A stretch of 64,000 nt of DNA from Flaccisagitta enflata (taxonomy: Eukaryota). Shown one piece after another: positions 43,540 to 60,152 of the stretch (within the stretch, counting starts at the first letter, position 1; every line of letters begins with the position of its first letter). Location: NCBI GenBank assembly GCA_965153355.1, contig OZ231126.1:24366001-24430000 (forward strand), written 5' to 3'. The position numbers and the translations under genes were made by a program. The notes under the pieces are model-generated. The model did not search any database. It was not told the DNA's origin and was given only the letters and a program-made list of their open reading frames with translations.

Positions 43540-44192
43540 GATTATCGAGTTTACCATTCATGTCTCGATCGAGGCTACTGTTGTTTCTACCGCTGAAGCG
43601 GTTGCTACTGCTGCTGTTGTTGCTGTTGTTGTTGCCCTTTGGACCCGGTGATGTGTTGCTTCGCGCTGGCGAAAACAAAGAGGGAGCATGAGGCGAGGTT
43701 ACAGGTCTTCTTTTTTTCTAGAAGAAGGAGAAGAAGAAATTCTGTCTGCACCTTTTTAACTTTCCCATTAAGCTTTCATTTTCCTTTTACTACCACCTGT
43801 GATGAAGCACAGTTACCTGCACTTAACGAATGCAATTTGTAGAGCCAATCTTAAGGATGAATTATTGCATTGTCATGCCACCAACGACCTCCACGACCCA
43901 CCCCGCCTGCTGCTCTTGTTTGTTTTGTTTTTCTTAATTATCTTAACCCGCACATTTTTTAAAGCACTTAATCGCTACAATCCACGAATCCAAGAGAGCC
44001 TGAGAGTAGAAGTAGAAATGTTATGGAAAAAAAAAATAGAGGAAAGATAAAAAATAGTGAGGTTGTGCCCAAGTTTTGTCAAGGTTTGGGACCATTTTTA
44101 ATCTCGCCTTGTTGCACCAAGGCCGAGAGGATTTATTTATTTTCTTTCATACTGAGTCATAAATAGGACAAATTTGATCCCGCACCAGAGGC

Positions 44193-44284
<92 letters not shown>

Positions 44285-44486
44285 AGAGAGAGCTAGAGAG
44301 AGAGAAAGAGCGCGCATCGGCCATGATACCGTTTCCATCAGGGACTCTTGGATAATAGGCGAATGCTGTGGGCAAGAAAAACAGTTTGGGACAGAAAGGT
44401 CCTTGGTAAATTGGGTTGCACGCAGTACATTTCAATCTCTTCGTCCAAATCTGTTTCTCCATCTCCCTCTGCTGCTGTTTCCCTCC

Positions 44487-44866
44487 TTCTTCTTCTCCTT
44501 TTTCTTCTTCTTCTTCTTTTTCTTCTTCTTTTTCTTCTTCTTTTTCTTCTTCTTTTTCTTCTTCTTCTTCTTCTTCTTCTTCTTCTTCTTCTTCTTCTTC
44601 TTCTTCTTCTTCTTCTTCTTCTTCTTCTTTTTCTTCTTCTTCTTCTTCTTCTTCTTCTTCTTCTTCTTCTTCTTCTTCTTCTTCTTCTTCTTCTTCTTCT
44701 TCTTCTTCTTCTTCTTCTTCTTCTTCTTCTTCTTCTTCTTCTTCTTCTTCTTCTTCTTCTTCTTCTTCTTCTTCTTCTTCTTCTTCTTCTTCTTCTTCTT
44801 CTTCTTCTTCTTCTTCTTCTTCTTCTTCTTCTTCTTCTTCTTCTTCTTCTTCTTCTTCTTCTTCTT
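44487..44866. repeat. (TTC)n microsatellite, about 380 bp
   Basis: Visible directly in the sequence. Confidence 0.97.
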
Positions 44867-47800
44867 CTCCCTCTTTTTTTTCTTTTTCTTCTTCCTCTTC
44901 TTTCATTTCTTGCTTTACTCCAAACCTTGTAAAGCTTTTTATCAAAACCGCGTCTCTTTCTCTTTCTCTTCCTCTCTTCTTAAAGCTTTTACCCCAAGGT
45001 ATTGATAAAGATTCTGATTTCAGAGGTCAATGTCGTTTATTCCCGGCCAAAGTAAGAACTAGCAAAAAGCGCCGAGATAATGTTGAAAAATGATGCTGGA
45101 AGGGAGGCAAAGAATGATATGACCGTAATAAGCGTGTTAGGGGTCGTGTTTTCAGGGTTTTTCCCATGATGGGTTTTCTTCAAGTCAAATAGGAGGAATG
45201 TTGTCTTGAAATACCATTTTGGTTGCTCGCTTTTATCATTCCATTGTCTCATTAACTATTTTCGTCTAATTGCGCTGATAATTCAGTAGTTTTCACTTTT
45301 GCAGTGAAGAGAATCCATACTAACACGCCGCGCTTACTGGTAATCATTCTTATTATGTATCTTGCAGCGCTCCATCTAAGAGCTCATCCTATCACTCAAT
45401 CAGGATGAAGTCATCATTGCAGCGCTCTCAGGAACAATGTAAAAAGTATTGATGTAGACATTGACGATTTGAGATCGAGAAAAAAAAACAATTATTATTG
45501 TTGATAAATCATTTTAGTCAAATTGATATTCGAAGCGGAGAAAACAAATAATGTGCCCTTTTAAACTTTTCAAAAATTCGAGTCGAATCATTTTTCAAGC
45601 GTCTTTGAAGGCCTTTAGACCGTTAACCACCCAGATTTCTCCTTCATTTAACCGCCAAGCTTGGAGCTCCCTTCTACTCCACTTTCTACTTTCCCCCAAT
45701 CCGATTACTTTCTTAACCATTCTTAACACCATCTATCATTTCATTCATTATCACCCTTTCTCCACTCCTACTCGCACCGTTCTCTCAAGCCTTTTTGTCA
45801 CTTTCAATGATCCATGCTCGCAACTACCGTTACCAAAAACCTGTATGCCCACAATAACTTTTACCATTACAATCACCATTGCCATTACCTAACCCTTACC
45901 ATTCCAGCCCTCCATGTATCGAAGGACTTGGTTCTCAGTATCATTAACCTAATCTAACCCTCCCTCAACTCTCATCCCTTCGCCCACATGAAACGGTAAG
46001 ATTTTCTACCTCCTCAGTTAAAATGATTCATATCAAAAAACAAGACTGAATAGCTAGACTTCATCAAACATAGCTATCGGGTGCCAAATGAAGATAGAGT
46101 CTTAAGCGTTTATTTCCCTCCCTTCAGTGCTAAGCCACGGAACGCTAATTGAAAAATATGTGATGTCCAAATCATAATCGATGAATTGACTTTTATGAAT
46201 AATTTCTGTGAAGTCGCGGATCCCAGGCAAACATGGCAATCTTGTCTCTCCTCAATTCTTGTCCCTCCCTCTAATCCGCACCCCCTCTTATCACTCGTTG
46301 CTTTGCCCTTCCCCGTTCCACCTACCCCATCTCCATGGACAATTGTATCGGCTTCTTCCACGTCCTCTCTAGCGACCCATGGGTAGTTGCTTCATTTCCT
46401 CCCCCATCCCCCACCCTCCCTCATCCCCCCACACACAGATGGGCATTTGTCTCGCTTTCTCTCCCATCCTCACCCCCTCCACACAGATGGGCATTTGTCT
46501 CGCTTCCTCCCCCATCCTCACCCCCCCCCCAACACCCATCCATGGGCGGTTGTTTCGGCCCCGGCTCTTTGTAGTCGCCGACTTTCCCTTTGCTTTCCTT
46601 CTCTGCCCTTTCGAAGCGAAGCTCACCGTCAAACGAAAATAAAGAAAAAAAAAGGAAAAAATTAGAGAAAGAAAAAAGAAAAGAAAAGTGGAAAAATGGT
46701 TCAAAAAAGAGGTAAAGATAAATGGGATCTGTGTTTCTCTGAGAGTTGGAGCGTAAAACAACCGTTATGTCGTTAAACTAGATTTTTGATTTTTTCTTTA
46801 CTCTGCTCTCTTCATCGTTGAATGAGAGGAAAATAGAAAAGAACACAAGTTTGAGTAATATTTTTTTTCAACTTCTTTTGTTTTATCCTTTGATCATAAA
46901 TCCCGGAGGTGTTTAAAGAACAGTTAAATGTTTCATATATATTTTTTTTTTGCTAACAAAATATGCGTAGATATAAATATTTGTGGCGTGAACTGAAGGC
47001 GAAAAAAGTAGTCACGTTTGGCGCATCATTCGTTCTAGTCATTTCAATTTATGTACTTTCCATTCCTTCGAGTTCTGCTCTTTCCTTTTCCTTCCATTCA
47101 TGCAAATTCGCTTTCGTAAATCTATCAAAGCTAATTTTTACTAAAACAAAACAAAAAACTTTTACCAATCAACGGAAACCAGAAGTCTCCGACCAGGGTC
47201 AACGATCTTTGCAGAAAAGATGGAGAATTAAATGAAGAAATGTTTTTGCATTGTTACCATGTTTTTTTTTTTTTGCAAATGATAATTGTTTACACATCTA
47301 CTATGACACGCGACGTTGTAAGATATGCGATCCGAAGCGGTAGAGGGATTTACAATCCAAGGAACTAATAGTCGATGAGAGAACAATTTTGTATGTTTGC
47401 GTAAATGTGTGTCAGTGATTATTAGTCATCTATTTGCCAAAAAAAAATAAAATCAATGTATTATCATGCATGTCTTTATATAAAACCAATGTATCTTGTT
47501 ACCTATTTTGTGTTTGAATTTATCGCCCTTACCACTAAAAAAAAGGAAAACATGAAATCTATCACCCCTTGCAAACGAGGTATTTCCTGTATAGCTTTTC
47601 TCTCATTATTTGTATCATAACTTGAAAATCCTGTGTAGAAAATTTTCAACGAAAATAGAATTTCGAACTAAGTATGATCTCATGTACAATTTGGTCAATT
47701 TAATCGGAAGGTATTTAGACGCAGGCCATTTTAGGCGAGTTAACTTGCCAATCTAGACAAAGAAATAGATAGATAGTATATGTATTGATAATTTCAAAAC

Positions 47801-48065
47801 CTGTTTAGAAAGTCAGCATTAACTGCGTCGAAGCCAACCCAGAACAGGTTGTAAAAAGAAAAGAGAATATTTTGGATGCATGAGCCCGTTGCTTTGAGAG
47901 TCGATGTGCCTATGAACCTGGAGCTTTTGTGCCCAACCGATCCCAGCATAAATCAAAAGTGACTGAAAACCATTTATCACTTGTCACTCCTTGAAATACC
48001 AATCCCTGACCCTTGGACTCTTCCTCTTTCTGCCTTTGAAGTTTCCTACTCGAAAAAGTTCTCTG

Positions 48066-48175
<110 letters not shown>

Positions 48176-48350
48176 ATATCTACCAAAATATTCTCTCCGC
48201 TCTCTTTTGACGGGTGTTTCTGATAAGAAAAAAAAATAGCAGATATGGACAAGAAGAAGAAAAAACCAAGTACAGAAAGGAATAGTAGAAGAAATAGAAC
48301 AATAAGAAGTACAGAAGAACAGAAAACAAGAAAAAAAGGAGAATACGAAA

Positions 48351-48443
<93 letters not shown>

Positions 48444-49404
48444 ATCACAAAGCAAACCTGACGGGATCCTCTGAAACTACATATCTATAGGGATATTCTA
48501 AAATTACTACTCCAGTTTGGTTTTGATTTACCATAGCGTCGATAAAACTGGCCGCTTTTAAGTAACACATCTCACTCTCTTAACTTGAGTAAACTACCTT
48601 TAGTTGAAGAAAACTAATTGAGATTGGCGATGTCTTGAAAGATCTTTGAAAGATCTTTCATTTGAGTCGTAGGGAATTCCTAGCTAACAGGGTTAAGGAG
48701 TAAGAGTAGTCAAAAGTAGATAGATTAGCTAGTAACAAACAGTAAGCTTTCTTTACGTTATGTTTAGTACAGTTAAAAACCGCTCTAACAGATTTCAAAG
48801 GACTTGCAGAGCCCATCTTTCATAAATGGATTTCTGTTTTTGGCTTATTGCCAATACAGGAAATAAAAAAGAAACAAGATGGAGAAACTATAAATTTGTA
48901 TCCACTATAAACAGAATTCCGTCAGTGGCGGGTCCGTTAGAGCGAAATTGACCTTAACCCTATAGATGCTATTTCTTACCTCTATGCATCAAAGCCCAGT
49001 AAAGCCGGATCTTATAAAGGCCTAACTTGGCATTTCATCGTTCATTTGAGCCGTTTGCTGTTTCTCTCTCTGCCCTCAACCAGATGCCAATAGAAATGGA
49101 GTCTAAAGGCGCCGCTGATGGTTGCTGACAGACGCTGATGGTTGCTAAAACCAATAATGACTTTGGCAATCAAACTCCCTTTCCTATCAAGATAACACAA
49201 AAACACACACAAAATCTGTCAGAGGGACACACACATATCCACAATCACAAACATATCTATACTCATTACACAACATCTTGCACGCACATGCACAACATAC
49301 ACCGTCTACTATAATTCTACACCCCACACAATCCACTTTCGCAGACAGGGGACTACAATAGATGAATATATATTTATCTGGATGTGGCAAACAACACTTT
49401 CTGA

Positions 49405-52025
<2,621 letters not shown>

Positions 52026-52308
52026 CTATGCTCACTGACTGCTTTTTTGTATCTACTTGCTTAGACATGTATCAAAATATTTATTCATTTATTGCATTTA
52101 AAATATAGAAAACAAAAGATTGAGCTAAATGAGCTCAATGAGCTAGAATGCTCAAAAACATCCTCACAGATGAGCAGCTATGCTCATAAACATGTTTTTG
52201 TGTAATTGCATGCTCAAACAATCATAAATAGACTCATCTATTGATCCTTTTTAAAGTCATAACAAATTGAAAAAAAATTCAATTGAATTTTTTTGTAAAT
52301 AAATCATT

Positions 52309-52672
52309 AACAAGGCCAACACCTATAAGTCGCGTGCAAGACTTTCTGACTTAGAATGACTTAGAATGCCTAAGAATGACTTAGAATGACTTTAAATGAC
52401 CTAAAATAACTTAAAATGACCAATAAGGACTTAAAATGATGGAATGACCTAATGACCAAAAATGACTTAGAGTGACTTAAAATAACTTAAAATGACTTAA
52501 AATGACTTAGAATGACTTAGAATGACTTAAAATGCCTTAAAATTACTTAGAATGACTAAAAGTAACTCAAAAAAATAAAAGTGATAAAAAAAGTAAAGTG
52601 TGACCAACCGACCAACCAACCGACCGACCGACGGACAAAGTGGGTTGTAGAGTCGCGTGCACGCGACTAAAA
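52309..52672 (+). mobile_element. Family A2 element with an (AATGACTTAG/A)n 10-bp satellite core
   Basis: aacaaggccaacacctataagtcgcgtgc start, the 10-mer array, and gtagagtcgcgtgcacgcgactaaaa end. Confidence 0.8.
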
Positions 52673-53207
52673 AGATCTTAACGCAAAAAATATTTGTTAT
52701 AGACTATAGAGCATTCTGCTCGGCGCCAAATGAAAGAAAGTTATCAAATTTACTCACCCTATCAATTTCATCGGAGGCCTCAATCGCTCGATCAAGTTCC
52801 GAAACTTTCTAATAAGAAAATGAAAACCATGTTTCTCTTGAATATGTCAAAAAGTAGAAGACTGCCTGTGACTTTTTCTGGACTAATTAACAATTATGTT
52901 AAATGCTTAAAAAGATATGCTTATGAATGATGAAAAATTTCACTTCACTTAAAGTATCGTCAATAGAATAGATTATTCAACTGTTGATAAAAAAGGCCAA
53001 GTAGGCCAATAAGGTGCAACGTGTAGATCGTCGAACAAATGCGTTACCCGACCAACAGACCAACCAACAGACCAACCGACAGACAGAGCCAGTTATAGAG
53101 GTGCTTTGTCGCACCTAAAAAAAAATTTTATTTTTGTTGACATGATTAACTGTTTATAAGTTCTGAGGTTTTTTTGAACAATCTGCTGAAGGGGGTTTGA
53201 GTTCCTT

Positions 53208-53750
53208 TTTGGGCAGCGGCCCCAAAGGGGTCGATGACCTATGCTTTCACACATATGGGGAATTTTCTACTCCTACTTCTTCTGCGTCCGTACCCCCCCA
53301 GCTCAGAGGACAAATTCTAGTCCCGAGACCCAAATCCCAGTCTCGTGGCCCAAATCCTATCTAAAAGGCTCAAATCCTAGCCTCAAGGCCCAAATCCCAG
53401 CCTCAAGGCCCGAATCCCAGCCGTGAGGCCTAGATCTCTGCCTCAAGGGTCATATCCCAGCCTCAAGGATGAGATTTGGGTCTCAAGGCTGAGATTTGAG
53501 CCTCCAGGCTAGGATTTGGGCCTTGAGGCTAGGATTTGAGCCTTTTGGATAAGATTTGGGCCATGAGACTGGGAATTGGGTCTCAGGACTAGAATTTGAC
53601 CTCGGAGCTGGGGGGGGGGGCGGGCGGAGGACAAGGAGAGGGAGAAAATTCCCCATATGTGTGAAAGCATAGGTCATTGACCCCTTCGGGGCCGCTGCCC
53701 TGCTTCCCCTTCAACTTCAAGCACAACCTACTAGGGCAGGGCACGGGTAC
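53208..53750. mobile_element. Family B element, truncated near-identical copy of 56921-57448
   Basis: Near-identical to the 56.9 kb copy, including about 30 bp of that copy's unique 5' flank. Confidence 0.8.
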
Positions 53751-54352
53751 CAATAAGGTACCAATAAGGTGCAACGTGTAGATCGTCGAACAAATGCGTT
53801 ACCCGACCAACAGACCAACCAACAGACCAACCGACAGACAGAGCCAGTTATAGAGGTGCTTTGTCGCACCTAAAAAAAAATTTTATTTTTGTTGACATGA
53901 TTAACTGTTTATAAGTTCTGAGGTTTTTTTGAATGTTCATGAAGGATGTTATGAGGATTTTGACATTGTGATTCATAGGCATACCATAAAAGGCACTTGG
54001 TTAACAATTTTGCTCATGGCAGGCTAAAAAGGTATGTTCATGGACAGCAAATCTTTTTACTCTATTGGATTTTTCCTTTTTTATGATTAAAAGATCTTGG
54101 TGTATTTATCAACAATTTTAAAAACATTTGTTTCTATACAGTTTATTAATTCTGAGATTGTTTATATGTCATGGACATCCTCAAAATCGCGGGCGGAATA
54201 TCTCACAGCCACAGACACTGATGGAACTACAGAAAAAAAAACGTCATCAGAGAGAGAAAAAATCCATCATATCTTTGTCTCGATGTTGCAAAACTCTACT
54301 AATGATTTTTGGTGCCAACTTCTGGCGACTATTTTCGCACCTAAAGTGGAAG

Positions 54353-54444
<92 letters not shown>

Positions 54445-55274
54445 AACGCGTGTTCCAAGTCACGGACTCACATATGCACGCGCATAGAAATGCGCACAGA
54501 AATGCTCCTTCACACGCACACGCACACAGAGAGACAGACAGACAGACAGATACGCAGGAGCAAAAGTAAATGAAAATAGAATTTTCCATAAATCTAATCA
54601 TCTAGGCACAAGGTTTCCAAAAACATACTAACTAGGTATTTCCATACGTACATGCATACATGCTTTAAATTGATTAATTCAAGCTATGCTGCTCCGACGT
54701 GAAATGCTTGTTTTCCCGTGTCAGTAAATGAATTCAGAACACAGTTGAATAAAAAAGAGAGGAAGAATCTTTATCTTAACTTTTGGATAAGAAAGGGAAG
54801 AAAAAAATCGAGAACAAAAGAGCAAAAATCGTTTTCGTCCTCGAAGGACATAAGGGCGGAGTTTGGAAATTAGATTTCTTTCTCATTTCTCTTTTCCTCT
54901 CTTTTTTTCCCTCTTCTATCTTTTACTTTCTCCTAGCTCCTCCAAAAATCATTTATTTCAGTTCGTGTCATTTTCATCGAGACCCATTTACAAGATTGTG
55001 TCCAACTCACACATATACTTACTGATATAAAAAGAGGTAAAAGCGAATGTTGCAATCACAATGGAAACAACTTAAAAGAAACGGAATAAACGAAAACATA
55101 GACATAGACATTGGGCTCATTACAATGCAACCATAAACGGTTTCAAATGAGATCCAAAGCCTTAGGTGCGCGGGCTCATTGCTGTATAATCCTGGCCCTT
55201 TACCATTATACACAACAACTAAACTTAAACACGCACGCGCACCCAACTACCAATATCCCATCACTGCAAGCTGA

Positions 55275-55890
55275 GTTCCATCTCACTCACCAAAGTCTCA
55301 ATCCTCACCCATTCATTGCCCCCAACCCACTTCACTCACCAAAGTCTCAATCCTCACCCATCCATTACCCCTAATCCACCTCTCTCACCCTGTCACCAAA
55401 GTCTCAATCCTCACCCATTCATTGCCCCCAACCCACCGGACTCACCCAAGTCTCAATGCTCACCCATCCATTGCCCCCAACCCGCCTCACTCACCCTGTC
55501 ACCCATGTCTCAATCATCACCCATCCATTGCCCCTACCCACCTCACTCACCCAAGTCTCAATGCTCAACCATCCAATGCCCCCAAGCCACTTCACTCACC
55601 AATGTCTCAATCCTCACCCATCCATTGCCCCCAACCCACCTCACTCACCCTGTCACCCAAGTCTCAATCCTCACCCATCCATTGCCCCAAACCCACTTCA
55701 TTCACCAAAGTCTCAATCCTCACCCATCCATTGCCCCCAACCCACCTTACTCACCCTGTCACCCATGTCTCAATCATCACCCATTCATTGCCCCCAACTC
55801 ACCCCACTCACCCAAGTCTCAATCCTCACCCATCCATTGCCCCAGACCCACCTCACTCACCCTGTCACCCAAGTCTCAATCCACACCCAT
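55275..55890. repeat. C-rich minisatellite with alternating ~48 and ~57 bp units
   Basis: Repeats of AAGTCTCAATCCTCACCCATCCATTGCCCCCAACCCACCTCACTCACC(CTGTCACCC). Confidence 0.9.
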
Positions 55891-56024
55891 CCTCATCTCT
55901 TTGGGGATTCTCGTCCTGCCTTCTCATCGAATATCCATGAGAAAGGTTTTTTTTCCATTACCAGCGCGGCGAGAATTCTAAATCATCCAAACATGGAAAG
56001 GCATGGGGAAACAGACAGACACAA

Positions 56025-56177
<153 letters not shown>

Positions 56178-56288
56178 ATACTGCAAGTAAACAGGGCTAC
56201 TTACAAGTTACTAAGTATGGACGTGTGCACCTATGTGTTTATCAAAAGGACGAGTTGAAACAAAAGTTCTCACATGAGACTATGAGGT

Positions 56289-56503
56289 TTTTAGTCGCGT
56301 GTTACGCGACTCTACACCCCGCTTTGTCGGTCTGTCCATCGGTCCGTCGGTCCGTCGGTCCGTCGGTTTGTCCGTCACACTTTACTTTTTTGGGGGTTTT
56401 GCGGTCTTTGGCCTCACTGCTCCTTCCCAAGTGATCAAGTGACCTCAAGTATAGCCCCTGCCCACCCGCACGCGACTGGGGTAGCCGTGTATCCGGCCTT
56501 GTT
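56289..56503 (-). mobile_element. Family A element, complete
   Basis: tttagtcgcgtgttacgcgactctacaccccgc...gccgtgtatccggccttgtt. Confidence 0.75.
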
Positions 56504-56920
56504 TTTTCTATTGAAAGATTATCTGCAAGTATGAGACAGTTTCGGAATTTCAACAGAAAAAAATAGGTTTCGTAATTAAGAGTAAAAGGAATCTATCCCC
56601 TTGAGTCACGAAACTCCGAGGGTTTTTCTGCCTTTACGTAATGTGAAAAAATGAGTTTCGGTGCAAATATCAAAGAATGCGGGGAATCAAAGCCCACGAG
56701 GTCATTTTCGGGCGGTGGGGTCATCGGGGGTCGAAAGTCATCCGAGGTCATCATAACAAATTCGCCAACGCGTGCGAAAAAAAAGAAAAATCCCACCCAA
56801 AGAAGGAGAGACAAATGCGCCCGATTCTTTAAAAACGGCGAAGGCGTGAACTTTTCCTTTTCCGATTGGGACAAAAATTTTCAGCGGAATAAAATCTGCT
56901 GAAAGGGGTTTGAGTTCCTT

Positions 56921-57478
56921 TTTGGGCAGCGGCCCCAAAGGGGTCGATGACCTATGCTTTCACACATATGGGGAATTTTCTACTCCTACTTCTTCTGCGT
57001 CCGTACCCCCCCAGCTCAGAGGACAAATTCTAGTCCCGAGACCCAAATCCCAGTCTCGTGGCCCAAATCCTATCCAAAAGGCTCAAATCCTAGCCTCAAG
57101 GCCCAAATCCCAGCCTCAAGGCCCGAATCCCAGCCGTGAGGCCTAGATCTCTGCCTCAAGGGTCATATCCCAGCCTCAAGGATGAGATTTGGGTCTCAAG
57201 GCTGAGATTTGAGTCTCCAGGCTAGGATTTGGGCCTTGAGGCTAGGATTTGAGCCTTTTGGATAAGATTTGGGCCATGAGACTGGGAATTGGGTCTCAGG
57301 ACTAGAATTTGACCTCGGAGCTGGGGGGGGGGGCGGGCGGAGGACAAGGAGAGGGAGAAAATTCCCCATATGTGTGACCCCTTCGGGGCCGCTGCCCTGC
57401 TTCCCCTTCAACTTCAAGCACAACCTACTAGGGCAGGGCACGGGTACCGCTGACCATCTAACGCTTTTGCGACTATTG
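56921..57478. mobile_element. Family B HINE-like element, full length
   Basis: Both subterminal inverted repeats are present, with two oppositely oriented 20-bp arrays and the terminus ...ctaacgcttttgcgactatt. Confidence 0.8.
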
Positions 57479-57584
57479 TTTTTGTGAACGAATGTTTGTA
57501 ATGACGAATCCAACCAGAAAACCCTGCTTGTTTGTACAATTGTATGAATCTTTAAATCTTCTGCTTTCTGTTTTACTTCTTTAG

Positions 57585-57698
57585 CATACCCAGGCGAGTC
57601 ACTGAGAAAAAACAAAGCAACAGACACAACACATTCGCAAGCAATTTCAAAACCTCGCATTTATGACTTTTTTCCTACGGCGACAGTCGCCTTTATTG
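57585..57698 (+). pseudogene. GH38 alpha-mannosidase-like exon remnant, copy 2
   Basis: ctttag| then ...KPRIYDFF[1-nt deletion]YGDSRLY(W)|gtattc. The DNA is similar to 26713-26753 and has the same donor position. Confidence 0.45.
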
Positions 57699-58310
57699 GT
57701 ATTCATTCTTAGTTCTAAATTAACTTTTATCTTCTTGCCTCAAAATTTCTTTTACTAAAAATGTTTTAGTTGGACGTTTTGTTACCTAGATGCTTAGTTG
57801 GACTGTCGGTTTTTTTCGTTTTTCGTTTTTATTGTTACTACAAATCAATAATTGGGTTGACAGTAATTCATAGGTAATGAAAGTCTGGTGAAAAATCACA
57901 TGTTTTGATTCTTTCACGTGGCCAAATCACACAGTCAACTTCAAACGTACCATCAAAAAAAAACGATAATGGCAAAAGAGTTTTTTAGCTCGTGTTTATA
58001 CACACCGCAGACTTTACAATGAAAAAAAAACAAGAGGCTCGTATTTATTTTGATGTCCACTGGTCGAGATCGAATAATATAAGAGAGCCATAAGATTCGT
58101 AAACAAGCAGACGAAGTAAGACCAAAAAAAAAAAAAAAAAAAAAGATAATGATAGAAAACACACACAAGCCAAGGCATGGACCCACTGGTCCGGCACCTG
58201 CTTTGGGGAGTGACGCTCGTGAGTGGATGCAGAGTTTTAGTTTCGATGAATCTTTCATTGATGAAACCCGGAACGTCTTTGACCCTCTCCAGAACTCTGT
58301 TGTTGATTCT

Positions 58311-58856
58311 TAGTCGCGTGCTACGCGACTCTACACCCCGCTTTGTCCGTCGGTCGGTCGGTCGGTCGGTTGGTCGGTCACACTTTATTTTTTTTATTCG
58401 TTTTATTCCTACTAACTCATTTTAAGTCAATTAGGTCATTTAAGGTAAAATCAGATCATTTTAAGTCATTTTAAGTCAATTTAAGTCAATTTAAGTCATT
58501 TGAGTTATTTTAATAGTTTCCATCATTTTAGTGATTTTAGGTCTGTTTAAGTCAATTTAGGTCAGCTAAATTCAATTTCAGTAATTCTAGGTCAATTTAA
58601 GTCATTTAAAGTCATTTTAAGTCAATTTAAGTCAATTTAAGTCATTTTAGTCACTAAATCGTTTTAGTCATTTTAGGTCAATTCAAGTCAAATAAGGTCA
58701 TTTTGAGTTAAGATAGGTCATTTTAAATTATTTTAAGTCATGTTATATAAATTAAATTCAATAAAAGTCATTTTAGTTATGTGGTTATATAATAAAAACT
58801 AATAAAGTAATTACATATTTAAGTCTCGCACGCGACTTATAGGTGTTGGCCTTGTT
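58311..58856 (-). mobile_element. Family A2 element inserted into the first coding exon of the EamA-like pseudogene
   Basis: tagtcgcgtgctacgcgact...(TAAGTCATTT)n...cacgcgacttataggtgttggccttgtt. Confidence 0.8.
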
Positions 58857-60152
58857 GCGGGTGAAATTGCTTCGATTTCGCCGCTCATCAGCGTCGTGTG
58901 GAACAAATGGAACATTGACAGTCGCGCAGAAAGGATATCTTTTTTGGTCTCTGCGCCTTACACGCGGCCAGTTTTAAGGTGGAAATGTACTGCTCAAGGG
59001 ACATGACTCACGGTTCGTATACGACAGTTCATCAATTAGCAATTTTTTTTTAAGAATTTAACGACGCTAGAATAAATTGCGATAATAATATCTACCTTAT
59101 AGGTAACGCTATCGCCCCAGTCGTGTTTTGGTTGACAAATAAATTGAGACAAGAGCAGAAATGCGGTAAAGCTCGTAATTGCAGATAGTCTGGTCGACTA
59201 GCTGACGGTCATATATCTTTTCAAAAAAACCATGTTTTTGAACAAAGATTCTCGCAAACTTTTGTACCAACAAATATCAAGTGCAGGCGACTTCGTGGCT
59301 ATGGAAATGGGCAGCGCGCAGATATTAGTGCCAATCATCACTTTACTGTTACATTGTTGTTGTATTGAAATCGAAGACGGAGTTGGGATCTTGTTTGCTC
59401 TCGCTGGAATTCTTCTCATTACAAAACCGAATTTCATTTTTCACTGTCAAAGTTCAAACAGAAATCAACTCGCGAAAGTTACATTAGATTACTAGATTCA
59501 TGAAGTTACACCCGGCTCTAACGGTGCGATAGTATGGGAGATCCTCTTTGACTGGAAATGAAACGTTATTCCCTTCGTACCATATCATTCTATTCTTTTG
59601 AATACGGTAGATTCCGTCTAGACAGTGGCAAGCATAATGGAAAGTCAAATTAAGTTAGGGGAGTGATATTTGACTCATATTTCCCATCATGGCCAGTTGC
59701 TATGGAAACACATTTCTGCCTTTTCTCCGCTAGAATATCAATATTTTGGACAGAAGCCATACAAGAACATTGTTCAAAATTAGATTTAACAACCCTCCCA
59801 TGGTAGGTTCTGTAACAATATTGCTTCATTGCCAGGGAGCGTTTCTATGTCTGACAGCCTTATAATGCTAGCAATGGCCAACTAAGTGATAATCTTACAG
59901 AACATACTATGGAAAATTGTAGCAAATTTGATTATGTTCTTGGATGTCTTCTGTTAAAACATTTATATTTTAGCATTAATTCCAATATTCTGCAGTTCGC
60001 CTCCGTTTTTGGTTGTCAAGAAGTTGAGTCATATGGAATTGGAACTGCTGGTATCGCGGGCAACATCATCGAACCACCACAATCCCAGTAAGGACGTGAA
60101 GGGGGAAAAATATCTTCATTTAGCTCAAACCTATCTCCTTCCCCTTAAAAAA

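Noticed and set aside
44283-45093. Long ORFs such as poly-E, poly-L, poly-S, ERER and SLSL here and throughout the window
   Set aside because: They are translations of microsatellites.
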